Below, in pieces: positions 11,400 to 20,078 of a stretch of 64,000 bases of DNA; the first letter of the stretch is position 1, and every line of letters starts with the position of its first letter. The notes below the pieces were generated by a model that was not told where the DNA came from, ran no database searches, and was given only the letters and a program-made list of their open reading frames with translations. This DNA comes from Obrimoposthia wandeli (Eukaryota), in NCBI GenBank assembly GCA_977020255.1, contig CDROCS010001116.1, forward strand, positions 1 through 64,000. The letters are read 5' to 3'. The translations under genes and the position numbers were made by a program.

Positions 11400-11857
11400 A
11401 TGACATTGTTCGTCATCGTCTTCATTCATTTCCACAATGGTTTTAGCGTAGTCACTTAATTTTGCCCAACCTCCATTTTCGTCGATTCGTCTCTGTAATA
11501 CATTCTCGATCAAAATACATTGCTTCATTTATTCCTTGTTTGACTTCGTGAGGTTGGCTCGTTCGTTCCGTCAATTGGAAACATAGATATGTGATTGCTG
11601 TAATTAACTTTTATTTGTAGTTTGGTTTCCACATAATCTCGCTAAAACTTCACCGTCATAAAATCTATCTATCGATGCATGGTATACATGATTCGCGGTC
11701 ATTCTCTTTACTGCAGACATCTGTGATCTGACTGCTTTAGTCAAATTGTCTCGTTATATCGGTTGTTTCATCTCTGTACATTTTAAACAACTTCGGCTTC
11801 ACTTGCCTGAGAATTCCCGTAAGTATATCTTTACTACTTGGAGTTTCCGAATTCATA
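11400..11857 (-). pseudogene. Possible Bcl-2-fold domain split by frameshifts
   Basis: Reconstructed EVKQGINEAMYLIENVLQRRIDENGGWAKLSDY resembles the BH2 region (WIQENGGW). A hydrophobic helix KLITAITYLCFQL lies upstream. Confidence 0.4.
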
Positions 11858-12112
11858 TCACCTCTGATATCTTCTATTCCTTTCTGCACTATACTGCTCC
11901 AATGACGCTGCTAACTGTCCAATGCTTAGATGTCTCTCTTCATCAGTTTGTGGTGCAGTTAGAACGTTTCGTAATATACTTTCGCCTTTTCTAGGTCTTC
12001 CAGGTCCTCTTCGAAAATACTGATACTCAGTTTGATTCTCTCCCTGGATCATACGGTTCATCATTATACTGTATCTCTTGACTTGGTCCTTCTTCATGGC
12101 CAATCTCTTCAC
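11858..12112 (-). CDS. AT-hook-containing fragment, probably a frameshifted continuation of the Ubl ORF
   Basis: RRGPGRPRKG motif. Confidence 0.6.
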   Translation of the reverse strand: MKRLAMKKDQVKRYSIMMNRMIQGENQTEYQYFRRGPGRPRKGESILRNVLTAPQTDEERHLSIGQLAASLEQYSAERNRRYQR

Positions 12113-12178
12113 TTTGTCTCATCATCTGCTCTGCTTGTCTATCTTTGTATGCAGCATGCCAAATTGGTGAATCTAAAT

Positions 12179-12742
12179 CTACAATTTCGAGACTTCGTCT
12201 TCTCCTACTAGTTGGGTTACGGTTTCGTTTTGTCTCACTTGGTTAGCTGTATCCGTGACTTCATCTTGTCTGATTGGAATTATATCTGCTGGTGGCACCT
12301 CGACCACTGGAGTTGTCAACTCATTTTCTAAATTCATGTCTTGTAATTCAGTTACGTACGGTTCTGGTGTGGATGTCTTGTTCCAAGCTTCAGCTACATC
12401 ATTATCTCCGCTTTCGCTTGAACTGTCTAAAATTTCTATAGGCGTTTTTATCATTTCTAACGCAGAATTCAATATCTCGGTTAATCCTTCATTATCTACT
12501 AACTCTTGACGTCCTACAGTGATGACATCAATTTTTTCCTCTAATTCATTTCCTATCGGATATCCAAACTCGACTGGTACGTCCTCATCATCTAGTGATC
12601 TCCCTTTATAATGGAACAACATATTCATTCCATCAATTTCAAGTTTCTCAGCCAACTTTTTCCGAATCGTTTTCATTGTTTGATACACGTTAAGTTTTTC
12701 ATGTATTATCTGTCCGGAAATTAATCGAAGTGAAATTTTCAT
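12179..12742 (-). CDS. Ubiquitin/SUMO-like domain protein with acidic tail; ATG overlaps the gag stop (ATGA)
   Basis: MKISLRLISGQIIHEKLNVYQTMKTIRKKLAEK...LFHYKGRSLDDEDVP...KIDVI aligns by eye with ubiquitin and SUMO beta-grasp patterns. Confidence 0.7.
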   Translation of the reverse strand: MKISLRLISGQIIHEKLNVYQTMKTIRKKLAEKLEIDGMNMLFHYKGRSLDDEDVPVEFGYPIGNELEEKIDVITVGRQELVDNEGLTEILNSALEMIKTPIEILDSSSESGDNDVAEAWNKTSTPEPYVTELQDMNLENELTTPVVEVPPADIIPIRQDEVTDTANQVRQNETVTQLVGEDEVSKL

Positions 12743-14991
12743 CGTTCCTTTTGGTTTGATCTCTGTACATAACGACCATAACCTTTCAGTAGTCCTCGGG
12801 GTACTTCTTTGTAACCCAAGTTATCATGACTATGTTTAACCAATTCTGCACGCACTTCTTCCAATCGGTGCACTTTAATTGTTTGCAATTTGGCCAGAAC
12901 TTCTGGAGCTTCACTCGTTTCATCTAACGGTTGATTTAACGTCTCCTTAGCTTCACTAATTATCTTTTTTACATTTTCCATACTCGTAGCATTTCTCGCT
13001 GCTTCCACATGATCAGTCATAGGTTGTGCGTTACACGTTTTCTCTATTGGTGTCTCATACGCTTCTAATATTCTATTCATTAAATCATTCATCTCTTCTC
13101 TCGAATGTAGACTTTTCTCTTGTTTCGACAACGTAGATGAATTCGCCATCTTTGTATGTGGTGAATCTTTAATTATTCCCAACATTCGTTCAAATTTACT
13201 ATCACTATCTTCAAAATCTATTTCGCGTCGAAGCTCGGTCTCGCGATTCCTATCACTGTCATCGCTTACATAACTAAAATTTCCTTTCGGTTTCGGCGAA
13301 CTCTCACGACTATTTGTCTTGTCAACATTATTATTATTATATCTACCGGAATTATTATATCTCTCAGCTCCTTGCTGTCCTACGTAATTATTGTATCTCT
13401 CAGCTCTATGCTGTCTGTATGCATAGTTATTATATCTACCTGGTGACTGTTGTCTATCTGTATACTGATTATTCAGTCTCCATGGTTGGGGAGTATATCC
13501 ACCACCTCTATTCCATGGCGGAGGTGAATTATATCCTCTATAATTATTTCCAAAATTATTATTACCGAAATTATTATTTCCAAATCTGTTAGTTCCGAAC
13601 TCTTTACTTCTCGTACAATCTCTCGAATAATGACCCATTTGTTTACACGTGTAACACATTATTCTCCCTCGAATATCTATCTTATTTTGTTCATCTTCGA
13701 ACTGTACTCGACGACTATTCTGTCTATTATCATAGCGTCCTCTAAAATCATTTCTTCGGAAATTCGATTCAAAACCGCTTCCTCGATTATTGAATCTTCC
13801 GTCACTATTTCCTGCATTATTTCCAAATCGAGAGTCACTTCGCTCTCCTCTGTTGGCGTTATAATTCCTATCGTCTCCTCTCAAGGTTGGCGATTTCGAA
13901 TTATCTCTATTAAATCTATTCCTGGAATCATCTCTATTTCTATTCCACGAATCATTATTATTTCTACCTCTTGAATCATCTCGATTCCTGTTCCAAGACT
14001 CACTATTATTTCTACCTCTCGAATCATCTCGATTCCTACTTCGGAAATTATCTCTATTTCCGTTACTGGATTCATCTACTTTTTCGAACTTATTTTGTCC
14101 ATAACTTCGATTCTGAAAATTACTCGGTTCTGTTTTATTCACGAAGACCTTTGTCTTATCGTCGTCACCTGCAGTCATTGCGTAGATTGCCAATGCTGCG
14201 TTATTCTTTATATTTTTCTCAATCTCTCTCGCCTTTCGCACGGCGTTATCAAAATCATTTGTATCCGATACTGCTAATAACACTTTAATATCCTTTTTCA
14301 ATCCTCCTCTAAATATATCTAACAAAACCTCTGCCATTTCATTTTGGTTCCGGTCATTTTCCGCTGCTTGTGCTTCTTGAGGTACAGGAATACCGTCCTG
14401 ATTTCTCATTATTCTTCTTGGGTACGCTCTTGCGGCCAAGGTTCTCAAAACATACGCGTATTCATTCACGCCTTCATCATGTTTCTGTTTCCGTTCTCTC
14501 ATGAGTCGCTTATTTACTTTGGCTAAGTCTCCTAATACCAATTTTCCAATAAAAGCATTTTCCAACGTTGGCCAATCTAAACGTTCTGCTTCTGTCAAAT
14601 GTTTATACACTTCAAGTGCTAATCCGGTTAAATGTGCCTGTACTCTAACACATTTTTCTTTATCGTTCCATCCTTGAACATCTGCACAACTCGAATATTC
14701 TGCGAGGAAGTCACAAATACTTTCCTCATCTCCTTTAAACTTTGTAATCTGCAATGATCCTGAAAAGTTGGGTCTCAACGTCGCATTTAAAGCTTGTGCC
14801 AACTGCTCGGCATTCATTTCACCTACATTATTTCCTGCATTAATATCTGCTTGAGCTCCTGGTTGAGCCATATTTTCAACTATAACTTCTTCAACTATTT
14901 CTTCAATATTATTCAATGGAACTTCCTCAATCACTACTGGATTGGCAATTTCAAATTCTTCTTGGTCTATGTCACCAAATAATTCAGTCAA
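12739..14991 (-). CDS. gag: Gag polyprotein (capsid region, N/R/G-rich repeats, single CCHC zinc knuckle)
   Basis: Retrotransposon capsid-like KFKGDEE...GWNDKEK...HLTGLA. Zinc knuckle CYTCKQMGHYSRDC. The frame is open upstream to ~15243 and the first in-frame ATG is at 14871. Confidence 0.93.
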   Translation of the reverse strand: MTELFGDIDQEEFEIANPVVIEEVPLNNIEEIVEEVIVENMAQPGAQADINAGNNVGEMNAEQLAQALNATLRPNFSGSLQITKFKGDEESICDFLAEYSSCADVQGWNDKEKCVRVQAHLTGLALEVYKHLTEAERLDWPTLENAFIGKLVLGDLAKVNKRLMRERKQKHDEGVNEYAYVLRTLAARAYPRRIMRNQDGIPVPQEAQAAENDRNQNEMAEVLLDIFRGGLKKDIKVLLAVSDTNDFDNAVRKAREIEKNIKNNAALAIYAMTAGDDDKTKVFVNKTEPSNFQNRSYGQNKFEKVDESSNGNRDNFRSRNRDDSRGRNNSESWNRNRDDSRGRNNNDSWNRNRDDSRNRFNRDNSKSPTLRGDDRNYNANRGERSDSRFGNNAGNSDGRFNNRGSGFESNFRRNDFRGRYDNRQNSRRVQFEDEQNKIDIRGRIMCYTCKQMGHYSRDCTRSKEFGTNRFGNNNFGNNNFGNNYRGYNSPPPWNRGGGYTPQPWRLNNQYTDRQQSPGRYNNYAYRQHRAERYNNYVGQQGAERYNNSGRYNNNNVDKTNSRESSPKPKGNFSYVSDDSDRNRETELRREIDFEDSDSKFERMLGIIKDSPHTKMANSSTLSKQEKSLHSREEMNDLMNRILEAYETPIEKTCNAQPMTDHVEAARNATSMENVKKIISEAKETLNQPLDETSEAPEVLAKLQTIKVHRLEEVRAELVKHSHDNLGYKEVPRGLLKGYGRYVQRSNQKER

Positions 14992-15483
14992 ATTAAAACT
15001 GCCGGTTGAAACCGCTGATTGATCAACGCCTCTTTCTGATACGTTTTCTTCGACTCTAGTCTTTTCTGTTACTTTGTTATCTGTTTGGGGAACCTGTTCA
15101 ATTCGGTTAACTTTATTATTATTTATCTCTTCCTTGGGAATCTGACTTTGTCTTCTAGTATTATACGCGGGTCCTTTTCTATTATCCGTTGTCTTATCAA
15201 TTATGTATTCGTTTACGATATCAATATACTTATTATTTTTATCTTATTTCACAATTCTTATTTTACGATTTTTTATCTCTTTAATTAGTTCGAGGACAGA
15301 GTCTCCCGACTTAACCTATTCAATTAATTACTTCGAGTATCAATCCACTCGATTCTCACTTTATCAATTTATTTACGATTTTATCTTTTTAATTAGTTCG
15401 AGGACAGAGTCTCCCGACTTAACTTATTCAATTAATTACTTCGAGTATCAATCCACTCGATTCTCACTTATAAAATTTACTGA

Positions 15484-16263
15484 CTCGAGGAACAAATCCA
15501 CTCGACTTCTCAAAACTTATCAAATTCTTACTTCGAGGAACGAATCTACCCGATTTCTCAACACTTATCAAATTCTTAACTTCGAGGAACAAATCTACCC
15601 GATTTCTCAACACTTATCAAATTCTTAACTTCGAGGAACAAATCTACCTGATTTCTCAACACTTATCAAATTCTTAACTTCGAGGAACAAATCTACCCGA
15701 TTTCTCAACACTTATCAAATTCTTAACTTCGAGGAACAAATCTACTCGATTTCTCAACACTTATCAAATTCTTAACTTCGAGGAACAAATCTACCCGATT
15801 TCTCAACACTTATCAAATTCTTAACTTCGAGGAACAAATCTACCCGATTTCTCAACACTTATCAAATTCTTAACTTCGAGGAACAAATCTACCCGATTTC
15901 TCAACACTTATCAAATTCTTAACTTCGAGGAACAAATCTACCCGATTTCTCAACACTTATCAAATTCTTAACTTCGAGGAACAAATCTACTCGATTTCTC
16001 AACACTTATCAAATTCTTAACTTCGAGGAACAAATCTACCCGATTTCTCAACACTTATCAAATTCTTAACTTCGAGGAACAAATCTACCCGATTTCTCAA
16101 CACTTATCAAATTCTTAACTTCGAGGAACAAATCTACCCGATTTCTCAACACTTATCAAATTCTTAACTTCGAGGAACAAATCTACCCGATTTCTCAACA
16201 CTTATCAAATTCTTAACTTCGAGGAACAAATCTACTCGATTTCTCAACACTTATCAAATTCTT
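15484..16263. repeat. 49-bp tandem array (16 copies) in the 5' leader
   Basis: Unit TTCGAGGAACAAATCTACCCGATTTCTCAACACTTATCAAATTCTTAAC, starting at 15532, 15581, 15630 ... 16218. It is preceded by two related 108-bp units at 15289 and 15397. Confidence 0.97.
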
Positions 16264-16289
16264 ATCTCAATTTACTTATATCTTCTTCT

Positions 16290-16560
16290 GAAACTTATTC
16301 TCAATTGTCTATATTCTTCTGCTGAAACTTATTCTCAATATTTCTGAAACTTATTCTCAATATATGAAACTTATTCTTAATATCTGAAACTTATTCTTAA
16401 TATCTGAAACTTATTCTCAATATCTGAAACTTATTCTTAATATCTGTACTTATTCTATTTACCTGAAACTTATTCTCAATTATCTGCAACTTATCTGAAC
16501 TTATTCTATTCACCTGAAACTTATTCTCAATTTTCCAAAACTTATCTGAACTTATTCTAC
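16290..16560. repeat. ~20-bp degenerate tandem repeat just downstream of the PBS
   Basis: (TATCTGAAACTTATTCTYAA)n. Confidence 0.85.
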
Positions 16561-16585
16561 GTGAATTCGCTGTGTCCGACGAGCT

Positions 16586-16604
16586 ATCCTCACTCGGGGC
16601 ACCA
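16586..16604 (-). promoter_or_regulatory. Primer-binding site complementary to the 3' end of elongator tRNA-Met
   Basis: Sense TGGTGCCCCGAGTGAGGAT. The plus strand ATCCTCACTCGGGGCACCA matches the animal elongator tRNA-Met 3' end including CCA. It sits 8 nt from the LTR end. Confidence 0.9.
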
Positions 16605-17097
16605 CTTTAATATGTTGGGGTTTCTATACGAAACTTGGTATAGAGCCTCTTGACTGTGCGGAGGTCCCCAACGTGAGTTCGATTAGAAGCAGGTCTTAAA
16701 GTTGGTCGTGGCCTACTTAGTGTTATGGTTGCCTAATCTCTTGTACTATCTGAAGGTATTTGATTTGATGTCTCTTAGTCTGAAGGGTGTAAAAACAACT
16801 TGTTCTAATGTAGGAAATTGTTTATTCAAAATTCACGTAACTAACACCACAATACGTTTATGTACGTATTTCTAAAAAGTATGATAAAATTCCTAAAGGA
16901 CTTCTGTGAGTCTCTACAAGAAGTGGGGATGAACCACGTATCGATTTTACGTTCAGGTGATTAAGTTTCTTAGTTTTAGTCTTCTTACTCAGGTTGGTTA
17001 ATCTATAACGCAACTCTCTTAAATTTCTTCGCTCCTACTTCTTATCTCTAGCTACAATTTCTTGGTTCCTTACTCTCTCTGTGTGTGTTTGACCCGA

Positions 17098-17526
17098 ATT
17101 GTCTATTGTAGACAAGGGATCTCCTAAAAACCTAATTGTCAAGATGACAATGAAAACTTACTCCTAATTGTCAACTATGGACAATGAACGAACCGAATTG
17201 TCAGCTAGTGGACAATGAGTCTTACCGAATTGTCTACTAGGGACAATGAATATTTATCCGAATTTCCAACTAGGGGAAATGAATGAACCTAATTGTCAGC
17301 TAGGGACAATGAATCTTACGGGAAAAACGTCTGGTAGGTTTCCTAATTGTCGCTGGGGACAATGAATAAATGTCCGATCCTAATTACCAACTAGGGGCAA
17401 TGATTGTGTTAACGAGACAGTGATCCTAATTGCCAGCTAGGGGCAATGAATTTGTGTATTATTAAGAAAATGTAGAATTACCAACTAGGGGTAATGAATA
17501 TATCCTAATTGCCTACTAGGGGCAAT
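17098..17526 (-). repeat. Array of 12 short hairpins with covarying stems inside the LTR
   Basis: Units are ATTGTC-N5-8-GACAAT, with variants ATTTCC/GGAAAT, ATTGCC/GGCAAT and ATTACC/GGTAAT. Most loops contain CTAG. Spacers vary in length. Confidence 0.9.
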
Positions 17527-17649
17527 GAATGAACCTAGTCGGTGGTCTTACCAGTTACTCGAGATTCCTAAACGCGGTGGGATGTCCGATGCTGTTTCCG
17601 ATATCGTCTTCTCGCTCAGCCTTAGTCTTTTGGATACTGTCGGATCGAG

Positions 17650-18070
17650 TCTTTTGGGATACTCAGATATACTTTGGATATTCAGATATACTTTGGATAT
17701 TCAGATACACTTTGGATATTCAGATACACTTTGGATATTCAGATACACTTTGGATATTCAGATACACTTTGGATATTCAGATACACTTTGGATATTCAGA
17801 TACACTTTGGATATTCAGATACACTTTGGATATTCAGATACACTTTGGATATTCTTTCAAATATACTTTGGTTACTGTCTTTCAAATATAATTTGGTTAC
17901 TGTCTTTCAAATATACTTTGGTTACTGTCTTTCAAATATACTTTGGATACTGTCTTTCGAATATACTTTGGTTACTGTCTTTCAAATATACTTTGGTTAC
18001 TGTCTTTCGAATATACTTTGGTTACTGTCTTTCAAATATACTTTGGTTACTGTCTTTCAAATATACTTTT
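17650..18070. repeat. 19-bp tandem repeat grading into a 25-bp tandem repeat within the LTR
   Basis: (TTTGGATATTCAGATACAC)n followed by (TTCAAATATACTTTGGTTACTGTCT)n. Confidence 0.95.
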
Positions 18071-18152
18071 CTTTTCGGCTATACTTTTCCGCTCAACCTG
18101 CAGTCAGGGAGTTGATTCTGAATTTGTGTTTTCTGTCTTCAAAACCTCTGCC

Positions 18153-18158
18153 TTTATA
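18153..18158 (-). promoter_or_regulatory. Candidate LTR TATA box (sense TATAAAGG); predicted start site near 18122
   Basis: TATAAA ~450 nt inside the LTR 5' end, with an Inr-like TTCAGAAT ~30 nt downstream. A sense AATAAA at 16821-16826 would give a long R region. Confidence 0.45.
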
Positions 18159-18689
18159 CGAAACTTCCTGTCAGTCAACGACAGCTGAAATGAAATTAAA
18201 AGTTATTCGACTGCACAAAATGTGCTTACCTTTTCCTTGATTGACGGTTTGATTGCTGGAGAATATTCTTCCTGTCAGTCAACGGCAGCTGAAAAAACTC
18301 AAATTGATTTTACTGCACGAAATGTGCTTACCTTTTTTTTCTTGATTGACGGTTTTAATTAACCGTTTTTCTTTTAATTAATTCTTATTTTTTGTCGTCC
18401 TTGTTAATTAACTTTAAACTTTTATATATTTTCGCATAATACACGACCTTCGTGGTCCTCCTAATTTTACCCTAAATTTCACTAATTTTACTTTTAAAAC
18501 TTAATTTAATATTTTAATTTAATTTTCGACCTTGCTTTCAAGGATTTTTATTTTAGTATTTAATCGACTAAAATATTTAATTTTCTTAATTCTCAACCTT
18601 AACACCTTTATTGAAAGACAAAGTTATAATTTTTAAACGCAAATCTTTGGTTTGTATACCTAGCCAGTTAAGAAAATATCTGTCCTCAG

Positions 18690-19460
18690 AAGTAAATTGT
18701 CGGGATATTCTAGTGTAAAATCTAGAAACAAGTAGCCTAGAGGTTTAGTCGTTGGATCTTACAATGCATCAATTAAATACTGTCTTTTCCGTAAAAAATA
18801 TTGTCTTACTGCAAAGTCAATAACACTTTGATCTCTCGGATTCTTAAATAAAACCTAATAATAAACATTTACTTTGACCAATTTAATGAAACGGGGTTTG
18901 AGTAATAAATATAACTGTAACATAAATTCCATTTTATATATACCAAAATTTATTTTTGAGCTTGAAAACAAATATTCGTAAAGCAAGTCACGTTGGATTG
19001 TGAAATTTTAAATAAATATAAGGTTTGAAAGTTCTCAAATATTCTATTGAATAAAAATATCTGATATTGAAATCTTTTCTGCACTGCTATAATATATGAT
19101 TAATTTTTGTCAACCTTTTCTTCTACTCAGTCTTTATTTATGCCTAGTATTCTTTGTAAACAAGATGTTAAAAGCCATCTCTTTATTAGCTTCTTGATAA
19201 AAATAGATAACTATAACATAATTTGATTTTGATTTATCTGACCAATTTTCGTCGAAACCATCAATAAATTTCACTGATTTTAGATTACCTAGTCCAGTTT
19301 TTGTTAGACATAATTTGCAAACACCACCTTAATTTTAATAGATTTTGTTAAATTTATCATGAAGACTTGTTTGATCTTGCAATAATTTGATTACAAACTG
19401 GGTTTTACCTCTACCTTTTGGCCCAACTATCTAATTAATTGCATTAATATTTATAATTTC
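18690..19460 (-). pseudogene. Maverick/Polinton packaging ATPase remnant (copy 3)
   Basis: IVGPKGRGKTQFVIKLL, YQEANKEMAFN.LFTK..RH, VLFKNPRDQSVID, GYLFLDFT. Confidence 0.8.
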
Positions 19461-19849
19461 ATAAGAAAAAACCCCAGAAATACTGCACAAAAGTTTATTT
19501 ATAACACACGTTTAACATATACAAACATATTGAATTGGATAATGTAAAAGAAGTCATGATGAAAATTGTATTAATCTTGTTGAGATTAATGAATTTATCA
19601 AAATCTTGACACCATTTGAGATATCGAGTTTGAACAATTAATCTGACATTGTATCTATTTGAATTGAGGTAAAACCGTAAAATTCGATGACCGGATACTT
19701 TTCTACTCATTATTTCATAAACAACATACCCAACTTTATCATCGTAATTCAATTTATCAATACATGATATAAATATTGGTTGTTTATGCCATGACATCTA
19801 ATATTCCTAACTTGATGTAAAATAAAACCCTTTCAATATGGACATTTAA

Positions 19850-20078
19850 CACTAGAACTACCAAGCAGTCAAAATGACTGCTTTTTATTTTTCAGACATT
19901 TGTAGCTCATAAATTAATATTTCTGGATACTTGAAATTTATTGACTTTTAATATAATGAGACACATAATGATGGTGTCAAATATCATTTAAATCGATTTC
20001 ATAGTATTAGAGATAGAGCTTTCCCTTACACGAACCCTTTGCCTGCCTGGTAGTTTTAAATGCGTGGTAGTTCTAGTG
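19850..20078. mobile_element. piggyBac-type MITE (229 bp)
   Basis: Perfect 14-bp TIR CACTAGAACTACCA with TTAA on both sides. Confidence 0.88.

Larger units (their letters stand above)
1..18604 (-). mobile_element. Giant Ty3/gypsy (Metaviridae) LTR retrotransposon with env and many accessory genes; 3' end lies left of the window
   Basis: LTR with TG...CA termini and PBS, gag with CCHC knuckle, PR-RT-RH-IN order typical of Ty3/gypsy. Coding fragments continue to base 1 with no 3' LTR or PPT seen, so the element is longer than 18.6 kb. Confidence 0.95.
16613..18604 (-). repeat. 5' LTR (~1992 bp)
   Basis: Plus strand TGTTGGGG (16613) to CCTTAACA (18604). Adjacent to the PBS. Both ends resemble the solo LTR at 58478-59935. 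Confidence 0.88.

Noticed and set aside
594-14982. Many hydrophobic plus-strand ORFs over the retroelement
   Set aside because: They are antisense shadows of A-rich minus-strand coding sequence with no independent motifs.
16660-16760. tRNA gene or SINE suggested by a GTTCGA box
   Set aside because: Only fragments are present, in non-tRNA order, with no cloverleaf. Interpreted as primer-pairing boxes instead.
15484-17526. CRISPR-like appearance of the 49-bp array and the hairpin array
   Set aside because: The 49-mers have no unique spacers, the hairpin spacers are short and irregular, there are no cas genes, and the context is a eukaryotic LTR element.
17525-18240. Repetitive ORFs (196, 188, 120 and 81 aa) in the LTR
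   Set aside because: They are translation artefacts of stop-free 19-bp and 25-bp tandem repeats.
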